Part shown: positions 45,196 to 54,100 of the stretch, one piece after another
How positions within the stretch are numbered: the stretch's first letter is position 1
How the letters are laid out: every line of letters begins with the position of its first letter
Source: a candidate division WOR-3 bacterium
GTDB taxonomy: Bacteria > Hydrothermota > UBA3073 > NMUJ01
Length of the DNA stretch: 64,000 nucleotides
NCBI GenBank assembly: GCA_021158725.1
Contig: JAGGUB010000044.1
Location: 3,722 to 67,721 of the forward strand
Direction: 5' to 3'
Notes under the pieces: generated by a model
What the model saw: the letters and a program-made list of their open reading frames with translations, nothing else
What the model was told of the DNA's origin: nothing
Databases searched by the model: none
Program-made: the position numbers and the translations under genes

Positions 45196-46001
45196 CGTAT
45201 GCCGACCGTCCAAGTTATCGGCAGATAAGCATGGTATTTAAATGCGCAATCTAATGTAAGTTGCTTTAATTTGAAGCTCACCCCCCACGTTAGGACAACG
45301 GGTGGTGTCTCCATACCCGTACGAACCGTTAGGTTAGGATGTATCTGGAATTCACCACCTATCCGCATACGGTTGACACCTACATGGGTACGCTCCAACT
45401 CCATCATGGTGACAGCACCTACAAACGGTACGTATGACATACCCACTGTTAAGCTACGTGGTATATAATGACGTGAAAGCTTACCTATACTGGGGTTGTT
45501 CAACGGATGTATTACTGCACCCAAACACCACCTATCATATACGTAACCGATTAACCCCATATCTACACCAATGACATGTGAGCTACCAAACCTCTGCATA
45601 GATAGCGAATAGTAAGAAGTTGATACCCCAAAGTAAAGGTCACCCGCTATCGGTAATCCAATACCAGCAACCACTATACGTTCTTCGTACAGTGATACAT
45701 TATCTCCTACGTTTAACAAATGTACACCTACAGCGACCGTATATTGGTGGACCGATCGTGCCAATATGAAGTTGGCTCTATTCACGATACTGAATAGGTG
45801 TTCATAATTCGCTTCTATACGGGTACCACTTATGAGTGACAGCCCTGCTGGGTTATAAAATAAGGTTGATGGCGCATCCCCTATTGCAACAAATGCATCA
45901 CCACAACCAGCTACACGTGCACTTAAGGAGTACTGGTCAAACATCCCAAATAGCATGCCAGGCAGTATTATCCCTATTGAGATCAAGCTTTGGTGCTTCA
46001 T
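45189..46001 (-). CDS. PorV/PorQ-family (FadL-like) outer-membrane beta-barrel protein, paralog 3
   Basis: 270 aa. SARVAGCGDAFVAIGDAPSTLFYNPAGLS motif. ATGA overlap with the upstream CTD-protein gene. Confidence 0.65.
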   Translation of the reverse strand: MKHQSLISIGIILPGMLFGMFDQYSLSARVAGCGDAFVAIGDAPSTLFYNPAGLSLISGTRIEANYEHLFSIVNRANFILARSVHQYTVAVGVHLLNVGDNVSLYEERIVVAGIGLPIAGDLYFGVSTSYYSLSMQRFGSSHVIGVDMGLIGYVYDRWCLGAVIHPLNNPSIGKLSRHYIPRSLTVGMSYVPFVGAVTMMELERTHVGVNRMRIGGEFQIHPNLTVRTGMETPPVVLTWGVSFKLKQLTLDCAFKYHAYLPITWTVGIRW

Positions 46002-47926
46002 TTCAGTGGCGTACCAACAACTATCGGTTTACAGAATTTTTGGTATTCGCCATGGATCTCAACCTCCACCTCAAGTATATATGTACCGATGGGTACGGAT
46101 TCCTCTAACTCGTTCTTACCATCCCAATCCGTGTATATAGGGGATTTGTATTTACGTTCGACTACCGTTCGGATGAGGTCACCACGTAGATTGAATATCC
46201 TTGCAGTATAAACAGCATCCGATGGTCCATTGATTTTGATAAACAGTATCTCACCCAACTCAGGTGCAAATGGATTGGGAGATATATCAATCGACACATT
46301 GGGTTGTGGTTCACCTATGTATATTTTCTGTATATCTTCTGGATAGCGTAACTTCAACTGATAACCTGAATTGTAAGGGGGGTCACGATCGTATTGTGAG
46401 CCTATCCCCACAATTGTGATGTAATCACCGATCTCCAAGCTACGATAGATTTCGGAGGTATCAATCCCCGTACCTTCGTCTACCCGTACATTGATGATGA
46501 TGTTGCCATTCCATACCTCGAAATTGCCCGCCCCCAAACCCGGTGTAAACTTCGTATGTAGTTTAGCTTGCGGTATACAAAGTAGTTTACCTTCAAATTG
46601 TTCAGTTATTGGATACGATAGCTTTAACGTCTCAGGTATCACCGTAGCGTTTGTATCAGTACGTAATAAAATGAAACATTCATCTCCCACATATGTGAGC
46701 TCGGTCATCCCATTGTATTCCTGAACTTTACCCCTTACGATGATCTCGTCACCCATCTGTGGATTATAGTCGAACCCATAAATGGCCACCCCTGTGGTGG
46801 TATCTTGGATGAAGAATTGGCCACCCCCCAATGGGGGTGAGGTTATAACACCTCTCACAGTTACGAGTTGACCCAATAACTGTGAATCATAACCAGAAGT
46901 GTCAGGTTGCTGTACTTCACTGATAGGTATTATAGGTAACGAATCGATTACATTGATCACGGGTATGGTTGGCACAGTAACTAGCATCCCTCCAGGTGGT
47001 GCAGTCTTCACTTCGAATTGGTGCTCACCAACCTCATATGGTTCCATATCGTGAAGATATACACGGAGTGAATCCATCACGGTTAGGCTGTCAAGGTATA
47101 GGTGTGATGGGGTGACCTCACCCAACACAGGTTGCATCGGGTAGATTGTATATTCCAAAGAATGCCATGTCCAACCTTCAGGTATTGTTATTTCGAGCTT
47201 CTCAATAGTGTCAGAGGTTACGATGTCAAACCTTAACGTTAATCGCTCGTTTTTGAACACCACGTGTGGGTTGAGTCTCACCATACCGGGGCCCACCACG
47301 GCAGGGGTGAAATCAGCAAGCGATCTGGGTTCAATCTGATAACTCTCATAGTACTGTGTAAGTGGTGAAACAATGCTTATATAGCCGTCAGGGATCGTAG
47401 CACCTACCATCGAATCGTTGTACCTGCTTATCCATACCGGTAACTGGTTACCTTCGTTATCTTCAACATGGTATGTGGTGTTACCCTGAAACGTACCGGA
47501 TTCTATGAATCTCACGCTATCAATACGTACGAGCATACCCTCATAGTCTTCACCATTACTGTGTATCGCAGGTATGGTGAGTTTGTGAGGTGATGGCAGG
47601 CTATGATTACGTGCTATTATGTTTATCGTAAATAGTTCGTTGCTTGCCCATAGTTCGGTGAGATTGGCGAACTCCTTTACCAACCCCGTGATTACAATGC
47701 TATCACCTACGTGTATGTCGGGTGTATTTCTACCACCCCTGTAGACGTATATACCGGAACGTAATTCACCTGACATATCTTGTAAGTAGAAATTGTTACC
47801 TGTAAGGCCCGTCACTATGCCTGAGGTTGTAACTGTATCACCTACGTAGGGGGAAGTATCACCCGCACCCTGTAGCTCGCTAATCGAGTGATAAGGATAA
47901 AGAATGAAGGCTATTAATATCAACAT
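45998..47926 (-). CDS. Surface protein with two OB-fold-like modules (as at the N-terminus of ExeM/NucH-type extracellular nucleases) and a T9SS-type CTD, with no catalytic domain
   Basis: 642 aa. Module A (aa ~14-205) begins ISELQGAGDTSPYVGDTVTTSGIVTG..NFYLQD...GIYVY...VGDSIVITGLVKEFANLTEL. Module B (aa ~333-535) begins ISEVQQ...LLGQLVTVRGVITS...FFIQDTTTGVAIYGF...MGDEIIVRGKVQEYNGMTEL. CTD is aa ~545-642 (SPNPF...ARIFNLRGDLIRTV...WDGKNE...IGTYILEV). Confidence 0.65.
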   Translation of the reverse strand: MLILIAFILYPYHSISELQGAGDTSPYVGDTVTTSGIVTGLTGNNFYLQDMSGELRSGIYVYRGGRNTPDIHVGDSIVITGLVKEFANLTELWASNELFTINIIARNHSLPSPHKLTIPAIHSNGEDYEGMLVRIDSVRFIESGTFQGNTTYHVEDNEGNQLPVWISRYNDSMVGATIPDGYISIVSPLTQYYESYQIEPRSLADFTPAVVGPGMVRLNPHVVFKNERLTLRFDIVTSDTIEKLEITIPEGWTWHSLEYTIYPMQPVLGEVTPSHLYLDSLTVMDSLRVYLHDMEPYEVGEHQFEVKTAPPGGMLVTVPTIPVINVIDSLPIIPISEVQQPDTSGYDSQLLGQLVTVRGVITSPPLGGGQFFIQDTTTGVAIYGFDYNPQMGDEIIVRGKVQEYNGMTELTYVGDECFILLRTDTNATVIPETLKLSYPITEQFEGKLLCIPQAKLHTKFTPGLGAGNFEVWNGNIIINVRVDEGTGIDTSEIYRSLEIGDYITIVGIGSQYDRDPPYNSGYQLKLRYPEDIQKIYIGEPQPNVSIDISPNPFAPELGEILFIKINGPSDAVYTARIFNLRGDLIRTVVERKYKSPIYTDWDGKNELEESVPIGTYILEVEVEIHGEYQKFCKPIVVGTPLK

Positions 47927-47994
47927 CTACTAAAAATATTTGGGTCTGCAAAATTACAACCTATGGAGGGGTGGATCTCGTGCCACATCTGATG

Positions 47995-48327
47995 TTAACG
48001 TGTAAGTAGCAACACATATGCGACTGTTACACCCAATATATCAGCTACGATATCCTTGTAACTCATATAGGTGTGACGTACTTTCCAATCATACAGCTCT
48101 TTCAGCACACCCAACGATATCGTAACGCCTATCGCTAAGTTACGTGCAGGTTCATAACTCCAACCATTTTGACAATATGTTACATGGAATAGTATCGTGG
48201 ATATGCTTAGGGAATAACTAAAATGATGTAACTTATCCACACTGAACCACTTATCTTCAACCTTATGTGTACTATCAGGTGGTGCCATCAAAAGTATACC
48301 TGTCAGGATGATAGCCATTCGCCCCAC
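47995..48327 (-). CDS. Small membrane protein (VanZ/YfiM-DUF2279-like, tentative)
   Basis: 110 aa with 3 hydrophobic segments. DKLHHFSYS and SYKDIVADILGV resemble VanZ-like motifs. Weak assignment. Confidence 0.45.
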   Translation of the reverse strand: MGRMAIILTGILLMAPPDSTHKVEDKWFSVDKLHHFSYSLSISTILFHVTYCQNGWSYEPARNLAIGVTISLGVLKELYDWKVRHTYMSYKDIVADILGVTVAYVLLLTR

Positions 48328-49007
48328 CAGAGGATACCACGTAGTGTTAGATGAACATCGTAGCGATAGCCCATAAATTTAGCACCTAACCAACCCCACC
48401 CTCCTGTGAATATAATCTTTACACCTTCTGTTTGTTGCTTGAACCGCTGAATAATGCCTTCGATACGGGTAACTTCACCCCATACGATGCCGGCTGCTGC
48501 ACACTCGTTCGTACTACGGCCAATAAGTGGCACCTGTTCAGTGATCATGAAATCAGGTTTTATGTTTAGATGTGACAATTTTTTACGATAAAACTCACAC
48601 GAATAAGATACACCTGGTAGTATCAACCCACCTTGATGTTTGCGATCGACCAGCAAGTCCACTGTGGTGGCTGTCCCCATATCTATTACAAGTAAAGGTG
48701 AACCCAGCATTTTGTATCCCGCTATCATATTCGCACGCCGATCGACTCCCAACCCATCATAAGCCCATTGTATGGGGGTGGGTGTCTTTTGGGTTAACCA
48801 TACGAATTTATCCCTATGGGTTGTTATATTTAGCTTGATATCACGTACGGATATGATGAACACTTTCGCTACCTTATCCAGATATTGCTCAATTATCGAT
48901 AACGCTTCATCCCATGTATCTTTACACCATGCCTTCTGTATATCTGTAGTACCTAAGCCCACCTTGATCTTGGTAGTACCTATGTCAACTGCTAGCTTCC
49001 ATGCCAT
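48303..49007 (-). CDS. coaX: Type III pantothenate kinase
   Basis: LAVDIGTTKIKVG, GVDRRANMIAGY, LVIDMGTATTVDLL, GGLILPG: the CoaX signature order. Confidence 0.8.
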   Translation of the reverse strand: MAWKLAVDIGTTKIKVGLGTTDIQKAWCKDTWDEALSIIEQYLDKVAKVFIISVRDIKLNITTHRDKFVWLTQKTPTPIQWAYDGLGVDRRANMIAGYKMLGSPLLVIDMGTATTVDLLVDRKHQGGLILPGVSYSCEFYRKKLSHLNIKPDFMITEQVPLIGRSTNECAAAGIVWGEVTRIEGIIQRFKQQTEGVKIIFTGGWGWLGAKFMGYRYDVHLTLRGILWWGEWLSS

Positions 49008-50031
49008 TAATGAACGACCTTACTAACGCGGCACGCTCTTTCTCAGCGATATGTTGTTGCAATTTTCTACCTGTACGTTTTTCAAGATGTGAATGCCTTG
49101 TAATCAGCAGCAGATTGGTAAATCTTGGCAACTCTTTTGCTGAAAATATGAGCCCCATCGAGATACCCATCCGGATACCTGAGATATAGGTCCAGGTCTC
49201 CTCTTCTGATAACAGTCGTGCGTATTTCAACAACCCCCACGATCGGGTGACTTTATCTTCTAAAATATCGGCCAGATGTGTGTTCATGACCTCACGTGCC
49301 TTGTTCTCCTGCTTGATAAGCGCATTGGCAAGATACTCAAATGGTGTGATTATCTCCTCACGGAATGCCCAAGTAAGTGCATTAGTCACCACGAATATGT
49401 AACCAGTGGTACCTGTACCCCATAGGTTATGGAATATGAACCCCTGTGGAGTAAGTGTCTCAACAGTAAAGTTGTACTGTCTCAACAATACCAGTGCCGG
49501 GAGATGCAAAGTGATCGCAACCCTCAACCCCGTACCTACCTCAAGTGGTGACGAGGTGAGGTGCCCCCATTCTTCTGAATACGTATATTCGAGGCCCAAT
49601 ATTTTCGCGATTTCGTTTGCTTTATTATATGCTTCCCTGATGTTGAGCCCATTCGCAAAACTCTGTATCACAAGGTGATCACGATCGTTCACCACTATGC
49701 TTATGTCTTCGTCAGGACTTATAGCCACGAGTTTACCTTTGGGTGAATCAATAAATGTCTTGCTGATGAGAAACCTCTCCCATAAGAATTTGCGATCCTC
49801 TGGGGTTAGCTCCTCGCCTTTGAAGATTGTGAACCCCTGCAACTTTTCATTACGTTCAATCGCATAGGCTATGATCTCACGTACCTCTTCAAGTTCGTCA
49901 TCGCTCGCCTTCAATGGGAAATTGTATCCTTTAAGGTTACGTACAAGTTTAGCCCTCGTAAAAAGTGGTATATCAGAGGAGGTATCACCCCACCACTCAG
50001 GTGCCCTTTTGGCCCTTTGCTCTAAGTTCAT
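48985..50031 (-). CDS. mcsB: Protein arginine kinase McsB (ATP:guanido phosphotransferase family)
   Basis: 348 aa. N-terminal ...W......IPLFTRAKLVRNLKGYNFP, EEWGHLTSSPLEVGTGLRV (guanido kinase active-site region), C-terminal dimerisation/pArg-binding-like helices. Confidence 0.8.
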   Translation of the reverse strand: MNLEQRAKRAPEWWGDTSSDIPLFTRAKLVRNLKGYNFPLKASDDELEEVREIIAYAIERNEKLQGFTIFKGEELTPEDRKFLWERFLISKTFIDSPKGKLVAISPDEDISIVVNDRDHLVIQSFANGLNIREAYNKANEIAKILGLEYTYSEEWGHLTSSPLEVGTGLRVAITLHLPALVLLRQYNFTVETLTPQGFIFHNLWGTGTTGYIFVVTNALTWAFREEIITPFEYLANALIKQENKAREVMNTHLADILEDKVTRSWGLLKYARLLSEEETWTYISGIRMGISMGLIFSAKELPRFTNLLLITRHSHLEKRTGRKLQQHIAEKERAALVRSFINGMEASS

Positions 50032-50476
50032 TTTCGATTTCTTTTATCTTATCACGTATCTTGGCAGCTTCCTCGTATGCCTCCTTGTCGAGCAGCTCCT
50101 GCAATTTCCTCTTTAACCTGTATAGTTGGAGATGTTTGTCAGGTTCTTCATCCCTTATCTCCGCACCTTTGGGGGGTACCTCCTTCTGCCATGGTGTACG
50201 TACTAATAAGTTCTTAATGAATTGGCCAAACGTCTCATAGCAGGTGCTACACCCGAGCTCCATATTCTGTAGAAACTCCTCGTATGTGAGCCCACAACGT
50301 GGACATACGCGTTGCCCCTGCTGTATATCATGTTTGGGGACATAGGGTTCCTCCGATATCTCCAGCTTATCACGCAGACATGTACTACATATAGGGATGA
50401 TCTCCTTATTTTCTCGGAAGACCACTATTACATATTTGAATTGGGCCTCACGTTTACCGCAAACAGCGCACTTCAT
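49997..50476 (-). CDS. mcsA: McsA-like zinc-finger / UvrB-UvrC-motif activator protein
   Basis: 159 aa. CAVCGK...CSTC and CPRCG...CSTCY zinc fingers. C-terminal LQELLDKEAYEEAAKIRDKIKEIE UVR motif. Confidence 0.8.
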   Translation of the reverse strand: MKCAVCGKREAQFKYVIVVFRENKEIIPICSTCLRDKLEISEEPYVPKHDIQQGQRVCPRCGLTYEEFLQNMELGCSTCYETFGQFIKNLLVRTPWQKEVPPKGAEIRDEEPDKHLQLYRLKRKLQELLDKEAYEEAAKIRDKIKEIENELRAKGQKGT

Positions 50477-51128
50477 TTAATACCCCCTTACTTAATTGAT
50501 AGCAGCGATCTGCTATTTTCATCATCCTATTTTTGTGTGTAACTATCACCGCAGCCATCTTTCTATCTTTAATTACTCGATAGATCAAATTATGCAATAG
50601 GTCACTCGACTTCTCGTCAAGGTTACCTGATGGTTCATCCGCTAATAGTATTGATGGTAGGTTTATCAGTGCACGTGCAACTGCAACCCGTTGACGTTCG
50701 CCACCCGATAATTCTGCTGGATAATGGGACGCCTTACTCTGTAATCCCACAAGCTCCAGTAGCTCCATCCCGAAGTCGATGTTAGGCTTTCTACCCCTAA
50801 TTATGGAAGGTAGTAGCACGTTCTCGACTACGGTTAACTCGGGTATCAATTGATGGAACTGAAACACAAACCCTATCTTTTCGTTACGTAAACGGGCAAG
50901 CTCACTATCGTCCAACGTGGATGTATCATGGCCATCGATCCATACTTTGCCAGTATCGGGTTTGTCGAGTGTTCCCAGTATGTTGAGCAATGTGGTCTTA
51001 CCCGAACCTGATGGCCCTAACACGACCACGATTTCGTTTGCATGTACCTCTAAGTTGACACCCCTAAGTACAGTTAACCGGCGCTTATCTTCTGGGTAGC
51101 TCTTCCAGATATTTTCTGCTTTGAGCAT
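50454..51128 (-). CDS. ABC transporter ATP-binding protein (LolD/MacB/FtsE-like)
   Basis: GPSGSGKTT Walker A, LSGGERQRVAVARAL signature, ILLADEPSGNLD Walker B, VIVTH. No permease gene is adjacent. The start overlaps the C25 stop (TAATG). Confidence 0.85.
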   Translation of the reverse strand: MLKAENIWKSYPEDKRRLTVLRGVNLEVHANEIVVVLGPSGSGKTTLLNILGTLDKPDTGKVWIDGHDTSTLDDSELARLRNEKIGFVFQFHQLIPELTVVENVLLPSIIRGRKPNIDFGMELLELVGLQSKASHYPAELSGGERQRVAVARALINLPSILLADEPSGNLDEKSSDLLHNLIYRVIKDRKMAAVIVTHKNRMMKIADRCYQLSKGVLNEVRCLR

Positions 51129-54100
51129 TAGCGGATGACGAGAAATTTATCGAGCTTACTGGTGGTTAGACGTTGACCAGGCTCTTCCCTTATTGCAACA
51201 ACTTTGTAGAAGTAGATACCGCTACCGATTTTGTCGCCAATAAAGTCACATGTATTCCATTCAATCTCATTGTAGCCGGCGGATAGGTCGAACGGACCCA
51301 ACACCTGTATCACCCTACCCGTGATGGTATAGATACGTATCCATACCGTGCTTTCTTTGGTCAGATAGAAATAGAATGTAACTTTATCACCACGTACAGG
51401 GTTGGGATAAACCCGCAATTCTGTAATATCAAGCGGTTGTTCCCACATTACAGTTACGTGAAAGGAATCTACCCGCACATTACATATGTTATCGGCAGCT
51501 GAGAAGTATAAGGTAAAGTCTGACAGTGCAGCTGGTACATCCACCTTGTACCTAAACCTACCACGTGTCTGGCTACCTAAGTCATACGTGAAGTAATCAC
51601 TTAGATATATAGGGTCGGAAAATCGTGGATCATCGTAACTCATACGTATCGCATAGGGGCCCGTCCTATCGAATATATTGATACCACTTGAATCCTCTAT
51701 CACACCATAGAGGGTAAAAGATGGCGGTATCTCCATACCAGACCTTAGTTGTTTGCCATTAACATAGAGTTTGATGGTTGGTGGCACAGTATCGTTGATC
51801 ACATGCGTATCTTGTATCACTATACCTGTTATACCTATGGTTGCCTCGCCCCCGGTACCGTCCCACCATATAAGGCTTATCTTACCATTATCGCCCGCCA
51901 TGGGTGGTTGTAATAGTGGCCATGCGGGTGTGACAAACCGTACGCTGAACTTACCACCTACCACTGGTGCTATGCCTTCGAAGATAATCTCTTTATCCAC
52001 CCTACCAGGGTACGGGAAATACTGGTTGTCATATCCAGTAAATGGTGGAGCCCCTCTCATCGTATAGGTGATTGTGCCACCATCCGGCAACTTATGTGTA
52101 TGCATGTATGTAGATGATAACACAGTGATATAGACCATACCATTGGGTAAGCCATCACCTTCGATCAGCGCTTCAGCTCCACCATACAACGTATCAGGTA
52201 CGTGTAGACACCATGTACTTATATCGACATTGTTCAATCTTATTCTTATCAAGGGCTCACCAAACCCCTGATAGTTCTCGTAGCTACCACCTGGACATAA
52301 TTTAGCCATAAGGAATGCATCACCTAATCGATTTACACTATCGGAAAATATCGATCTGAGCAACCTCACCCCCACGTTTTGGTTGTAAGTCGCTGATGCG
52401 GCACGAGTTGATGCCAACACCCCTATGGCACCACCATGGGGCCACTTCTCGAGGTAATCACCAAGCCCATCCTTAGCTAAACGGTCGAAACACCCTACCC
52501 CACATGCACCGAAGTAAAATATTGGTAACCTGTAGTTATTTTCAAGCCTATAGATATCGTCAGGGTTAACAAATACGCGTTCATGCGCTATGGTCTCTAT
52601 GCTGCCATGGCCCATCCACATGGCCAGAAACATACCCTTGTGTAGATAACGTAGTATATCTTCTGTGGCACCGGGTTTATTACCAGGTCGGTTGGCGGGT
52701 GTCCAGTTTGGATCCGTAGCTTGTGTTACACCTTGGTAATTCATCAAGTATACTTTGTATATGTCGTAACCTGTGGGTATCAATGGTGTGAATGAATTTT
52801 CAACCTGACTTGTATGTTGTGGTTCACAGATGGATTGTCCATACTCGTCATCTGCTATAAGTAGTACACGATGACGCCACCCACCATAGGAGTGTTCGTA
52901 GTTGATAACCTTTTCTGTTAGCCAGTGAGCTTCTTCTTCGTTTTTTACGGTTGACCGCGTTATGACAACATCTGGGATATCGTCCTCATCGTAGTTAATG
53001 CACGCAAAATAATCGTCATAGCATTTGTTGCCTTGAGGTGGGTACCCGAATATCCCGATGAGATAACCAGTCTCATATGGAGGGATACGGTTGCGATCCA
53101 CTTCCTCTTTATATCCGTATGTACCTGCACCAAACAGATACACGTAACATAATCCCCAGTTATTGTATGCGTAACGGATGAACCTCCTTATTGCATCTGG
53201 GTGTGGGTAGCCGAACGAGAAATTGTCGTAGATTTCGTCGATTGGTACCACTTTCGTTTTTATACCGTGTGATGTACGCCATTCAGCTATTCGATTCGCG
53301 TAGGGTATGAACTCACTTACGGTGATGATCGCGTAATCTACATCTTCGTCCGTATAGAGCGAATATGGGTTGGAGCGTTCGATTGCATCCACGGAGTAAG
53401 GGTTGGCTGTCACCATGTAGACGCCAGGTGAGGCATGAAATTTGTAAATACTACCCTCAAACGTACCACCTACCACTCGTACAGGTGTGTAGCTATCGGT
53501 GATGTTGAAAACATAAGGGTATGTATCAAGTCCACTGATGTGGATATCGGTAGCCTCGTTTGTTTCGAATTTTATCCCATGGTTATGGGATTGAAACTTA
53601 CAGTCTGCAGTCACTTCGAAGTAATCGAAATATAACCTATCTTCGAGCGTATCTTTGGGTGCCTTCCACTGTAGGATTGTGAATTTGTTCTCACCGGTTT
53701 TTAGATTGGTCACCGGTACTTCCAACACCCATGGTGTGGAGGTGCTACCACCTTTTATTGTATCAACGCTAACTACGTGATCGTTTAGTAGTAGCTTTAC
53801 CCTATGTATCTGAGCGCTTGGATTCTCACCGGTGAGGTCGGTCCAATATCGATAGAATACTACCTTGAGGTAGCCACATGAGTCTGCCAATTCTGGCAAA
53901 TTAAATGTATAGGACCAGCGGTTTTCAACCTCTATGGGGGAGCGAACAAGTTCTACCCATATCCAACGTAATCCACCACGTGCGGGACAGAGGTGATCCT
54001 CCTCCCAATGAAACGTATATGTGAATCTGTCCGGTGGTGTTTCACCTGTGGGGGGTGCCACCATGCTGTCTCTTCTACCGTCGGCACCACCCCAGGTCAG

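Noticed and set aside
47927-47994. Bacteroidota-style promoter (TTG ... TAnnTTTG) upstream of the DNA-related operon
   Set aside because: The minus strand reads TTGTAATTTTGCAGACCCAAATATTTTTAGTAG-ATG. The -7-like element is TATTTTTA (the last base mismatches), and it would leave almost no leader. This is suggestive but too weak to call, especially as other promoters here look sigma70-like.
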